A stretch of 64,000 bases of DNA from an uncultured Eubacteriales bacterium (GCA_900545265.1 UQYI01000003.1:8932-72931); one strand, 5' to 3'. Numbered from the stretch's first letter, positions 30,289 through 39,531 are shown. The notes: generated by a model from the letters alone, not told the origin. Made by a program: numbers and translations.

Positions 30289-30323
30289 GGCGGCCGCCCG
30301 ATCATGGACGGCCGCCGTTTTTT
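30289..30323 (+). terminator. Intrinsic terminator after hppA
   Basis: GGCGGCCG-N12-CGGCCGCC followed by GUUUUUU. Confidence 0.8.
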
Positions 30324-30521
30324 AGGTCTCATCCCCAAAGCCAACTTTATTTTGCGGTCGGCTGCGCATATTACGTTCATGCCGAAAACCATGCAGAACG
30401 CTTTCAAAGCAGCCCATTGAACAAAAAATCGGCCGTCCATTTACGCACACCGGGTTTCATGATATGTTTATATAAAATTCAGTCTGTCCGGCTCTGTCTG
30501 CCAGGCACAGGAGAAGCTCCC

Positions 30522-31817
30522 ATGGAAATTGCCCGCATACTGGAAAAGCTTAAAGAGTCCCCCTGCACCTGGAACTATTTCGGTCCCCCTTCGGAAGAGG
30601 TTTTTGCCGTAAGTCTTACCGGTTCCGGCGCTCATTTTCACTCCGGTGTACTGTACTCAACACCACGGATCGTTACCAGTATGCCCATCTGTATGAAAAC
30701 ATGTGCATCCTGGTCACGGAGCCCTATCATGCTTCCCGCCTTTTTGAGATCGTCCAGCAGCGGCTTTTCTTCCGGGGATACGACCCTGATCACCGCCTGC
30801 CGCCCGAATGCTTTTCTTATGCGGCTGCAAAACAGTCCCTTTATGCTTTTGGAACCGGGAGATGGATTGGATCCCCTGCCCCGGCGTATGCTGTATATGC
30901 GTATCTGTCAGGAACAGGCAGATATACTTCTGTTCACCGCAGAGCAGGAAAACAGCTTTGCAGATACGGATGCTGCCTCCAGGCTGGCCGCCCTGCGCGA
31001 AGCATTCGCCAGCATTCCCTTGAAGCAGGAGCACCTTTGTCCGCAGCTGCAGCTGCAGAACCTGCTGTTCCGGCTGCTGCAAAACAAGCCTTCCAATGAA
31101 GAGGATATCAAAAAGCAGCTGACTGCGCTGGGCTGGACTTTTTATGAAAAATACTATGTGCTGGCCATCTACCGAAAGCTGCAGAACTGCCCCGGCTCTC
31201 TGGCGGAGGAGATCTCCCATATTCTGGGGGAAAAGGTGTATGAATTTGGGGATTATTACATCAGTATCCTCCATTCGGACTGGAAAACGGAGCTGTATGC
31301 GCTTTTCGGGCGCAATTTCCCCGAGCTTAAAGCCCTGATCCAGCGCACGGATATGTATGCTTCCCTGAGTTACGGCTTTTTTGACATTATCAACGCCGCC
31401 ACCGCCATGAAGCAGGCTACCCGCTGCATCGAGATCATCCGCAAATTCAGCTGGTCACAGCGCATCAACGGCTACGGGGATATGGTCATCTCCCACCTGA
31501 TCGATACCGCTCTGGCCTGCGGAGAGATCACACTGGACAGCGTATGCCACCCCATTGCACTGAAGATCAGGGAATACGATGACAAAAACGGTACGGATCT
31601 GCTGGATGTGCTGGCCACTTACATTTATTCCGGCTTGTCCGTAAAAATCTCCTCCGAATATCTGCATATGCATATCAACACCGTATATCAGCGGATACAC
31701 AAGCTGGAAGAGGATTTCGACATTGATTTCAGTGACCGGCGCATTGTCACCATGCTCCATATCTCCATCATTGCCATGGCCTACCGGGGAGATTACCCCG
31801 CCGACCGGTATCTGTAA
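30522..31817 (+). CDS. PucR/CdaR-family transcriptional regulator, with a possible internal out-of-frame stretch
   Basis: Start at MEIARILEKLKES (AGGAGA SD). The C-terminal PucR HTH reads LLDVLATYIYSGLSVKISSEYLHMHINTVYQRIHKLEEDF. Residues ~47-110 look non-protein-like, whereas an alternative frame looks coding. Confidence 0.65.
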   Translation: MEIARILEKLKESPCTWNYFGPPSEEVFAVSLTGSGAHFHSGVLYSTPRIVTSMPICMKTCASWSRSPIMLPAFLRSSSSGFSSGDTTLITACRPNAFLMRLQNSPFMLLEPGDGLDPLPRRMLYMRICQEQADILLFTAEQENSFADTDAASRLAALREAFASIPLKQEHLCPQLQLQNLLFRLLQNKPSNEEDIKKQLTALGWTFYEKYYVLAIYRKLQNCPGSLAEEISHILGEKVYEFGDYYISILHSDWKTELYALFGRNFPELKALIQRTDMYASLSYGFFDIINAATAMKQATRCIEIIRKFSWSQRINGYGDMVISHLIDTALACGEITLDSVCHPIALKIREYDDKNGTDLLDVLATYIYSGLSVKISSEYLHMHINTVYQRIHKLEEDFDIDFSDRRIVTMLHISIIAMAYRGDYPADRYL

Positions 31818-31950
31818 AACGGCCCAAACCCAAAATCCTCCCTTGACAGGGAGGATCCGGGCAGCATGGCTGCCTCCTGTTTGCCGCATCTGGGGTAAAG
31901 AATGCGGCGACAGCCACTCTATTTCTACTTACAGGAGGGGAGACACTTTT

Positions 31951-32770
31951 TCACTTTGCAGCGGACGGTCCCTGGTCATGCAGGAGCCGCCGCTGTTTTT
32001 TATATACACCGTTCACCAGCAGCAGCGAAAGCAGCGTGGCAGCGGCACAGAAAAGATAGTATCCGGTATAGCTGCCGGTCGCATCCGCCAACAGCCCCGG
32101 CAGCGGAGACATGCACAGCCCGCCCAGAGTACAGCAGGACTGAAGCTTTTTCAGTGTGGAGGCATACTGGGCTTCATCCGTCAGTTCCGCCACCCACATG
32201 GGGGTTCCTACGGTGCTGATGGTAAAGCAGCCCAGCCCCAGACATATGGCCACCGCATATACCGGCAAAGGCGATATGCCGTTGAAGCATACCACGCCCA
32301 CATGGCCCAGTATCAGCATCCCGTAATACAGCAGGTTGGCTTTTTCCACACCCATGGCGTCTGCCGCCACGCCGTAAAGGGGCTTGCCTACCATGTTCAT
32401 AAGGCCGTTAAGGGCCATGACGGAGCTGACAAACACCACGTCATACCCGGCCGCAATGGTTGAAAAGTTAAAATTATCCCAGCTGCAATAGGTAAAGAAG
32501 CCTGCGCAGACCATGGCAATGCCAAGCAGGAGCACTACCTGCTTCCCTACCGGGGGAAGCTTTTTCTTTTCTTTCTGAACGGAATGTTCCCACGCCCCAT
32601 AGGGTGCCAGCTGCAGCGCCTCCGGGCTTTCCCGCAGGAAAAGGAGCACCACCAGCCCCAGCAGGGCAAAGAGCCCGCCCATGATCAGTTCCGCCGTCAG
32701 AACACCTTTTTCGGATACGATCCCGGTAACGGGTACAGACAGAAGCAGCGAAGTCACTCCTGAGCTCATG
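31951..32770 (-). pseudogene. MFS transporter, 5'-truncated and fused in frame to the reductase remnant
   Basis: This is the C-terminal ~270 aa of ORF 31951-32952. It has 2 TM helices, a central loop (RESPEALQLAPYGAWEHSVQKEKKKLPPVGK) and 6 TM helices. About 4 N-terminal TM helices are absent. The junction position is approximate (32766-32787). Confidence 0.65.
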
Positions 32771-33149
32771 GCACATATAAAGGGCACATCCTCTTTGGGA
32801 TCGGCATTTTCGGCTACAAACACCAGGTTGATGAGCTTTGCATAGGGAGACATCTCGGCCGCCGGGCCGGACATATCCACCATACCGTTCATGCCCTGCC
32901 GGCTGTGCAGCCCGGCGCCCAGCACGCACATACCGTCCAGTGCGTAGGTCACGCCGCTGCCTTGACGGGAATGATGCGGGTGCTGTCTCCCGGCCGGGCA
33001 ATGTGCAGGGAAACGTTTTTCAATTTTCCGTCCTTATTCAGCGCCTCTATGGCTTCTTCCCGGTTTACGGTGAGGATCCCGTCCGCAAAGGCGTTTTCTT
33101 CACCGAACCGAACGTCTTTGACGCTGAAATGTCCGATCTCCAATTTCAT
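32771..33149 (-). pseudogene. N-terminal remnant of a GrdE/GrdI-type reductase proprotein subunit, in two frames
   Basis: MKLEIGHFSVKDVRFGEENAFADGILTVNREEAIEALNKDGKLKNVSLHIARPGDSTRIIPVK is followed by a stop. Family-like sequence then resumes in another frame: GSGVTYALDGMCVLGAG...GMVDMSGPAAEMSPYAKLINLVFVAE. Confidence 0.7.
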
Positions 33150-33220
33150 GTCCTGAAATCCCTCCTCTTATATGCACGCCTCAAAGGGCCGTTGCATTGA
33201 CCGAATAAATTACCAGTTCA

Positions 33221-33249
33221 ATTATATGGAAATAACCGATACATTTCAA
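33221..33249 (-). promoter_or_regulatory. Consensus sigma-A promoter upstream of the reductase remnant
   Basis: Minus strand: TTGAAA (33249-44), 17-nt spacer, TATAAT (33226-21). A GAGGAGGGA SD precedes the ATG at 33149. Confidence 0.6.
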
Positions 33250-33609
33250 TGTGACTCACGTACATGAAATTCCATAAAAGCAGAGTTTTCTTCCATATGC
33301 TTTTTAATTTTATGTTCTATTTTGGCGTACTGTGGGCGGATATTGTACCGCAAAGGTTCCTTTTTTCACCTCTGTACTCACAAGAAGCCGCGTCCGGATG
33401 GCTTTTCTGTCACAATAACTTCACATTTTTCCATCCGTTTTTATGAAAAACAGTCTCTCCCTTTCCGTCGTTTTATAAAGAAAATTCCCTCGGGTGCACA
33501 AAATAAATACAAAAAAGTCCCTTGGATGCACAAAGCAAATGTGATACTGTAAGAAAGAATCAACAGGCAGCACCTGCCCCAGCCTTTGCGGGTGCTCAAA
33601 GGAGGATCT

Positions 33610-34101
33610 ATGCCCCCATACAAAATCAAGCCCATGGAGACCGAGACGGAGATGGACGGCAAGGGCTACGTCCATTATAAAAGCTGGCAAGAAACTTACC
33701 CCGGCCTGGTGCCGCAGGCATATCTTGAAAGCGTAACGCTGGAAAGCTGTACCGCTATGGCCCGCCGCTGGCGCAATAACATTCTTATTGCCAAAGACGG
33801 AAAACAGGTCATTGGGTTTGCCGCCTTCGGCCCCTGCCGGGACGATAGACTGCGGAACTGCGGAGAGATCATTGCCCTATATACCCTGCAAGCCTGTTAT
33901 GGAAAAGGCGCCGGGCAGATGCTGCTGCAAGCTGCTTTAGAAAAACTCTCCGGCTATGCGCATATCTTCCTCTGGGTGCTCCGTGGAAACAGCCGGGCGA
34001 TCCGTTTTTATGAAAAAAACGGCTTCCGCTTTGACGGCACCCAAAGAGATATCCTTTTAGGCACACCGGTAACGGAGCTTCGAATGTATCTGGAAAAGTA
34101 G
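33610..34101 (+). CDS. GNAT family N-acetyltransferase
   Basis: Start at MPPYKIKPMETE (AAAGGAGG SD). The acetyl-CoA motif LYTLQACYGKGAGQMLL and C-terminal AIRFYEKNGFRFDG are present. Confidence 0.75.
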   Translation: MPPYKIKPMETETEMDGKGYVHYKSWQETYPGLVPQAYLESVTLESCTAMARRWRNNILIAKDGKQVIGFAAFGPCRDDRLRNCGEIIALYTLQACYGKGAGQMLLQAALEKLSGYAHIFLWVLRGNSRAIRFYEKNGFRFDGTQRDILLGTPVTELRMYLEK

Positions 34102-34117
34102 CAGAAAGGAAACGCCT

Positions 34118-34843
34118 ATGCGCTTAAAAGCCGCTTTTATCGATATAGACAATACGCTGTTGGATTTTGACGCCTATGTGCGCCAAACCATGGAAAAAGG
34201 ATTCGCCCGCTTCGGGCTTTGCCCTTACGCTCCGTGGATGTATCATGTGTTCACCCGGGAGAACAATGCTCTCTGGCGGCGCATTGAGGCGGGAACGCTG
34301 ACCTTTCCGGAACTGGAAAAGATCCGCTGGAATACCGTTTTTGCCGCTTTGGGCATACAGGGGGACGGCCCCGCCTTTGAAGCTTATTTTCGGAAGGAGC
34401 TCCATGAAAGCGCCATTCCCGTGCCGGGCGCCATGGATCTGCTGCGGGAACTCCGGGGTAAGTGCATCCTCTGCGCCGCCAGCAACGGACCTGAGGAACA
34501 GCAGCTTCACCGGCTGCAGCTGAGCGGTATGGACGACTTCTTTGATGATTTCTTTATTTCTCAGGGATTGGGGGCCTCCAAACCCTCCAAAGACTTTTAT
34601 GCACGGGCTTTTGCCCGGCTGAATGCCGGCCGGCGCCTGCCTATCCTGCCGGAGGAAACGGTGATGATCGGGGACTCCCTGACCTCGGATATGACCGGCG
34701 GATTGGGTTACGGTATGGCCGTATGCTTTTTCCGCCGGGATTCCGGGCAGGAAGTCCCCGCCTGCATCCCTCTTGCGGCGGATCGTCTGACGGATATCCC
34801 CCCTATGCTGGAAAATTTTTTCGGCTTTTCGCCCCCTGCCTGA
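34118..34843 (+). CDS. HAD-superfamily hydrolase (YjjG-like nucleotidase subfamily)
   Basis: 241-aa ORF with motif I FIDIDNTLLDF, later SNGPEEQQ, and motif IV MIGDSLTSDMTGG. Confidence 0.8.
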   Translation: MRLKAAFIDIDNTLLDFDAYVRQTMEKGFARFGLCPYAPWMYHVFTRENNALWRRIEAGTLTFPELEKIRWNTVFAALGIQGDGPAFEAYFRKELHESAIPVPGAMDLLRELRGKCILCAASNGPEEQQLHRLQLSGMDDFFDDFFISQGLGASKPSKDFYARAFARLNAGRRLPILPEETVMIGDSLTSDMTGGLGYGMAVCFFRRDSGQEVPACIPLAADRLTDIPPMLENFFGFSPPA

Positions 34844-34891
34844 CGGTTCTTCGTTTCTCAGGCCCATGGGGGCTTTTTTTGTAAAACACGC

Positions 34892-34919
34892 TTGCATTTA
34901 TTCCTTCTTATGTTATACT
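34892..34919 (+). promoter_or_regulatory. Sigma-A promoter of the TetR-led operon
   Basis: TTGCAT (34892-97), 16-nt spacer, TGT-TATACT (34914-19, extended -10). Confidence 0.6.
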
Positions 34920-34920
34920 C

Positions 34921-34940
34921 TAAATGAACGTGTTCATTTA
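34921..34940. promoter_or_regulatory. Palindromic operator candidate (TetR site) between the -10 element and the SD
   Basis: TAAATGAAC-GT-GTTCATTTA, with 9 of 10 positions symmetric, immediately downstream of the -10 element. Confidence 0.55.
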
Positions 34941-34950
34941 AGGAGAATAC

Positions 34951-35505
34951 ATGCCAAAAATCATAGAAAACCTGCGGGAAATCCTGCTCGCCGCCTCCCG
35001 GACCCTGCTGCTGGAAGAAGGCTATCGGGCTTTGACCATGCGCCAGGTTGCAGGTCTGTGCCATGTGGCCGTGGGAACGGTATATAACTATTTCCCCTCC
35101 AAAGATATGCTGGCCGCACACATCCTGCTGGAAGACTGGAATGACCTGCTCCGTTCCCTGCAGAAAAAAGTCAATGCCGCCCCCGCGCCCATGGACGGGC
35201 TGGAAGCCGTTTTTTCCGGCTTGCGTGCTTTCTCCCGGCGGTACCGCCCTATCTGGGAGGAATATGACGGCAGCGCCGCCCTGCCTTTTCGGCAGTGGCA
35301 TGGCCGGTTGATCGAACAGCTTGCCGCCTGCATGGAGCCTCTGCTCCGGCGTTTCGACCTGCTGTTTGCCCCGATCTTTCCCAAATTTCTTGCTCAGGCC
35401 CTGTTAAGCTGGTCTTTGGAGGAGGACACAGAGTTTTCCGCTCTGCGTCCTGTTCTGGACCGGCTTTTACAACCATACACAAAACAAGGAGGATACCGTT
35501 TATGA
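34951..35505 (+). CDS. TetR/AcrR family transcriptional regulator
   Basis: 184-aa ORF with HTH LTMRQVAGLCHVAVGTVYNYFPSKDML. Its stop overlaps the next start (ATGA). Confidence 0.8.
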   Translation: MPKIIENLREILLAASRTLLLEEGYRALTMRQVAGLCHVAVGTVYNYFPSKDMLAAHILLEDWNDLLRSLQKKVNAAPAPMDGLEAVFSGLRAFSRRYRPIWEEYDGSAALPFRQWHGRLIEQLAACMEPLLRRFDLLFAPIFPKFLAQALLSWSLEEDTEFSALRPVLDRLLQPYTKQGGYRL

Positions 35506-36425
35506 GCAGTTTTAAGGATCTGCGTATTGTGGACAATTTCTACCAGACCTCTGCCTTCTTTCCCATGCCGACGGTGCTTATCAGCACCCTGACGCCGGAA
35601 GGGCAGACTTCCCTGGGGCCCTATTCTCTGGTGGCTCCCTACTACATTGCAGGCAAGGATTATTATGCCATGCTCCTGTGCTGCCGGAACTCTTCCAACA
35701 CCGCCCAGCACCTGCTGCAAAACGGTAAATGCGCCCTGAATTTCATTCCCGACAAGCGCAAATATTTTAAGGAAGCGGTGCGTCTGGGCTTCCCCGGGGA
35801 TACGCCCGAAGAAAAGATGAAGGGCTGTATCTTTACGCTGGAACCTGGTCAGGCGCCCTGTCAAGAAGGAGAACAGCGGCCCCAGGTCATTGCCGAAGCC
35901 TATCAGGTCTTTGAATGCACCTGGATGCGGGAGCTGGACAACGCCCAGACGGATCAGCCGGGAGAGCGTAACGGGTATCCCGGCCCCTATCATGACTTCA
36001 ACGGCATCACCTCGCCTTTCGGCGCTCATTTTATTCTTCGGGTGGATAAGATCCTCATGAAGGAAAAGTATTATGATGCCATCGTCAACGGCGTCCGGGC
36101 AGGGGATTTCCCCCGGGTACCTGTGGATTACGGCTATCGGGACAGCAAGAACTTCTGGTATACCAAGTTCCGCCGCCCCATTCCGGAGCTTCTGCCCATC
36201 CGGGAAACCAGTCTGGAGTCTGTGCGCTATGCCGCCAACCGGGCGGATGATGTGGTAAAGTTTACCGACGCCGCCTGTATGAAGCTTATCAAAGTGCCCC
36301 GGATCTTTTTGCCCACGGCCCTCAAAGGCTGTGTCCAGTGGGCCAAAGAAAATGGCGTTACTCTCATCGATGAGAAGGAGATGGACATCATCAACGACAA
36401 GCGGGCCAAGGAAAAGAACCGCTGA
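35502..36425 (+). CDS. Flavin reductase-like (FMN-binding split-barrel) domain protein with a C-terminal extension
   Basis: Start at MSSFKDLRIVDNFYQTSAFFPMPTVLISTLTPEGQTSLGPYSLVAP... (AAGGAGG SD); the ORF track begins at 35295. The N-terminal ~170 aa resemble the flavin-reductase fold, and the last ~140 aa are unassigned. Confidence 0.55.
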   Translation: MSSFKDLRIVDNFYQTSAFFPMPTVLISTLTPEGQTSLGPYSLVAPYYIAGKDYYAMLLCCRNSSNTAQHLLQNGKCALNFIPDKRKYFKEAVRLGFPGDTPEEKMKGCIFTLEPGQAPCQEGEQRPQVIAEAYQVFECTWMRELDNAQTDQPGERNGYPGPYHDFNGITSPFGAHFILRVDKILMKEKYYDAIVNGVRAGDFPRVPVDYGYRDSKNFWYTKFRRPIPELLPIRETSLESVRYAANRADDVVKFTDAACMKLIKVPRIFLPTALKGCVQWAKENGVTLIDEKEMDIINDKRAKEKNR

Positions 36426-36435
36426 GGTACCCGCC

Positions 36436-37146
36436 ATGCCTGCATCCGCTTTTGATTCTTTGCCGGAGCTGCTTATACGCAGCTTTGGCGAAAACATTCC
36501 TTTGAAGGAGATCTCTGCCGCCCCCTATGCCGTCATGTCCTGGCCCCGTTTTTTGCCTATGATGCACTTTCGTGTGCGCCGCTGGCAGGCCGGTGAACAG
36601 GGCTATGTATTTTTGATGCAGACCCGGGCCATGGGCGGACTTATGAAGCTGATCACCGCTTCCTTTATGCCTGCCTCCGGGATAGAAGCCCCCTTTGTGC
36701 TTATGGACTGCATGGAGATGCGGCAGAAGCGCACGGTCTTTGTGGAGTATTACGACTGCACTGCCAAAGGAGTCTGTGCCCCGGAGCTGGATCGGATCCG
36801 GGAAAAGTATGACCCGCTGCTGACGGACTATACGGAAAAACCCGCCTGGTACATACAGGAGCGTATGGACTGTTCCCTGATCAAGGGCGGTACACGAGAG
36901 CAGGAGGCTCTGCTGCTGCAGATGCTTCAGGACAGCGCCCGCGCCTGCGGCGCCCTTTGGGATCGGGCACCCAGAGATCCTGCCAATCTGCCCGGCCTTG
37001 CCGCTTTCCGCAGCCGGATGCTTACCGAAGGAAATCCTTCCTCTTCCACCATGGAAAAGGTATTGGGAAAAGAAGGTGCGAACGCCTTCTTCCTCAATGC
37101 CGTTATGCCCATGCACACCTCACAACCGAATCAAACTGAAAAATAA
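36436..37146 (+). CDS. Hypothetical protein, possibly ferredoxin-dependent-bilin-reductase-like
   Basis: Start at MPASAFDSLPELL; the ORF track begins at 36331, overlapping the previous gene. By-eye resemblance to PcyA-type proteins is weak (see finding). Confidence 0.4.
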   Translation: MPASAFDSLPELLIRSFGENIPLKEISAAPYAVMSWPRFLPMMHFRVRRWQAGEQGYVFLMQTRAMGGLMKLITASFMPASGIEAPFVLMDCMEMRQKRTVFVEYYDCTAKGVCAPELDRIREKYDPLLTDYTEKPAWYIQERMDCSLIKGGTREQEALLLQMLQDSARACGALWDRAPRDPANLPGLAAFRSRMLTEGNPSSSTMEKVLGKEGANAFFLNAVMPMHTSQPNQTEK

Positions 37147-37158
37147 AGGAGTATAAGC

Positions 37159-38004
37159 ATGAAAATTGTATTGGCCGGTGCTTACGGCAATTTAGGCAGC
37201 GACATTCTCCGCTCTCTTTTGCGGGAAGGCCATGAAGTAGTAGCTGCAGACATGATGGAACGGGATCTGGGTCTGACGGGCCGTTTTTCTTTCAGAAAGA
37301 TCGATGTGACTGATCCCGCTTCCCTGAAAGGACTGTGCGAGGGAGCGGATATGCTCATCTCCACTGTAGGCCTTACCAAGACCTCCGCCACGCTGGATAA
37401 CTATCAGATTGACTATCAGGGCAACGTGAACCTGCTGCGGGAAGCGCAGGCAGCCGGCGTGAAAAAGTTCATCTATATCTCCGTGCTCAAAGCGGATAAG
37501 GCCCCCAAGGTGCCCATGCTTCACGCCAAGTACCTGATGGAGGAGGAGCTGAAAAAGAGCGGCCTTTCCTACATCATTTACCGGCCCACCGGGTATTTCT
37601 ATGATATCGTGAAGGTATTCCGTCCCATGATCGAAAAGGGAGAAGTTACGCTTTTAGGCAATACCCCCGTCAGCGCCAACGTTATTGACACCCCTGACTT
37701 TGCGGATTATATCGCAGCCCACCTTATGGACCCCAACGGCATTGTAAACATTGGCGGCCGGGAGACTTATTCCTACGAAGAGATCGCCCGCATGTGTTTT
37801 GCCGCCGCCGGAAAAGAGCCTGTGATCAAACATGCACCGCCTTTCCTGTTTGACGTGCTGGCCTTTGTCAACAAGCTCAAGAAGAATGGTAAAGAAGCCA
37901 TACTCCGCTTTTCCAAATGGACGCTGACGGAATCCATGGTAGCGGAAGTGCAGGCCGGGAACCACAGCTTTAAGCAATACATTCAGGACAGTTTTGCAAA
38001 ATAA
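37159..38004 (+). CDS. NAD(P)H-binding atypical SDR / NmrA-like oxidoreductase
   Basis: 281-aa ORF with the Rossmann N-terminus MKIVLAGAYGNLGSDILRSLLREGHEVVA and a later ...YRPTGYFYD motif. Confidence 0.75.
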   Translation: MKIVLAGAYGNLGSDILRSLLREGHEVVAADMMERDLGLTGRFSFRKIDVTDPASLKGLCEGADMLISTVGLTKTSATLDNYQIDYQGNVNLLREAQAAGVKKFIYISVLKADKAPKVPMLHAKYLMEEELKKSGLSYIIYRPTGYFYDIVKVFRPMIEKGEVTLLGNTPVSANVIDTPDFADYIAAHLMDPNGIVNIGGRETYSYEEIARMCFAAAGKEPVIKHAPPFLFDVLAFVNKLKKNGKEAILRFSKWTLTESMVAEVQAGNHSFKQYIQDSFAK

Positions 38005-38019
38005 GGAGGCATACCATCT

Positions 38020-38811
38020 ATGGGTTGGGAATATCTGTGGATCCTGGCCGTGGTGGCGGCAGTGCTTTGTGCCGTGGGCTACTACAAGTTTGTTTACTTT
38101 CTTTCCATCGGCTACGGTTTTGCCGTAGCGGGCATCGGCGTTGCCCTGGTGGTTCTTTTTCACGGGCAGATGGCTCCTGTTCATTATGTGCAGTGCGCCC
38201 TGCTGGCCGCTTATGGTACCCGGCTTTCCGGCTTTCTGCTGTACAGAGAGATCAAAAATGCCGCTTACCGAAAGACCCTCAAGGAAGTCACTGCTTCGGA
38301 AAAAGATATGCCCCTGCCGGTAAAGTTCTGTATCTGGGTCTCGGTGACCGTGCTGTATGTAGCCCAGACCAGCCCTGTGTTTTTCCGGCAGTACAACGGC
38401 GGGGCCGCTGGATTCCTGCCATGGGTAGGCTGCTGCATCAGCCTGCTGGCCCTGGTGCTGGAATCTGCCGCTGACCGGCAGAAAAGTGCCCAGAAGGCGG
38501 AAAATCCCCACATGGTAGCCACCAAAGGGCTGTATAAGCTGGTGCGCTGTCCCAATTATCTGGGGGAGATCCTTTTCTGGACCGGCGTGCTGGTGGGCAG
38601 TCTCAATATTCTCTCCGGAGTCGGTCAATGGCTTACGGCGATACTTGGGTATGTGTGCATCGTACTGATCATGTTCAACGGCGCACAGCGGTTGGAAAAG
38701 CGCCAGTCCGCCCGCTACGGCAATGACCCGGCTTACCGGCTCTATGCCGATAAAACCCCTATCCTTATCCCCTTTGTCCCCCTGTATCACCTTTACAAGG
38801 AGGAAAAATAA
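38020..38811 (+). CDS. DUF1295 / steroid-5-alpha-reductase-fold membrane protein
   Basis: 263-aa polytopic ORF with the C-terminal signature TKGLYKLVRCPNYLGEILFWTGVLV. Confidence 0.7.
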   Translation: MGWEYLWILAVVAAVLCAVGYYKFVYFLSIGYGFAVAGIGVALVVLFHGQMAPVHYVQCALLAAYGTRLSGFLLYREIKNAAYRKTLKEVTASEKDMPLPVKFCIWVSVTVLYVAQTSPVFFRQYNGGAAGFLPWVGCCISLLALVLESAADRQKSAQKAENPHMVATKGLYKLVRCPNYLGEILFWTGVLVGSLNILSGVGQWLTAILGYVCIVLIMFNGAQRLEKRQSARYGNDPAYRLYADKTPILIPFVPLYHLYKEEK

Positions 38812-39444
38812 ATGCACCTGTCCCTGCCCATGGCTCTGGCGGACTTTGTGCCCGTCGGCCTGTTTCTTGCCGCCTCCGTACTGCTGCAACGGGATCTGTA
38901 TAACAAGATGAGCAAGGGCGCCTTTGCCCTTTTTGCAGGAGGCACCATCATGGTCTTTCTGGCAGGCGCCTGTAAAGCCTTGTGGAAGCTACTGTATGCC
39001 ATCGGCCTGTGTGATTTCACCGCCCTGAGCGCCATGTTTTTCCCCATGCAGACAGCAGGCTTTGTGCTGGCTGCTTTGGCTCTGATCGCACTGCTCACCG
39101 CCCGTCAGGGAAAGGGCACGGCGTACGCCGTTGCCGCCGTCCCGCCGGTATTTTCCGGCACCATGCTGTTTGTAGCGCTGACCCTGCTGGGCACCCTGGG
39201 CCTTTGCGGTTGTCTCAGTCTCATCGCCCTCAGGATCCGCAGAAAAGCGGCTGCATTGTGGTTTGTGCTGGCCTTTATACTCATGATGGCCATGGGCTAT
39301 CTCTCCTCCCGGGATTTCTCCCAGGCCGCTTCCCACTGGATGGCCGAGGGTGTCAATATTCTGGGGCAGGGCGCCCTGCTGCTGGGCGTCCTGGATCTGC
39401 ATCGCCATGGCCTTGCCTCTGCCGCCCTGCACAAGCGGTCATGA
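38812..39444 (+). CDS. Integral membrane protein (about 6 TM), unknown function
   Basis: 210-aa hydrophobic ORF. Its ATG directly abuts the upstream TAA, and an AAGGAGG SD lies inside the upstream gene. Confidence 0.6.
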   Translation: MHLSLPMALADFVPVGLFLAASVLLQRDLYNKMSKGAFALFAGGTIMVFLAGACKALWKLLYAIGLCDFTALSAMFFPMQTAGFVLAALALIALLTARQGKGTAYAVAAVPPVFSGTMLFVALTLLGTLGLCGCLSLIALRIRRKAAALWFVLAFILMMAMGYLSSRDFSQAASHWMAEGVNILGQGALLLGVLDLHRHGLASAALHKRS

Positions 39445-39462
39445 CAGGTGGTCTTTTCAGCA

Positions 39463-39500
39463 GGCCGGAGATTCTGTGGATCTCCGGCCGCTTTATTTTT
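39463..39500 (+). terminator. Intrinsic terminator ending the TetR-led operon
   Basis: GGCCGGAGAU-UCUGUG-GAUCUCCGGCC followed by GCUUUAUUUUU. Confidence 0.8.
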
Positions 39501-39502
39501 GG

Positions 39503-39531
39503 TAGACAATATAAAAAAGGGGACGTATACT
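39503..39531 (+). promoter_or_regulatory. Candidate promoter for the nitroreductase gene
   Basis: TAGACA (39503-08), 17-nt spacer, TATACT (39526-31). Confidence 0.5.
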
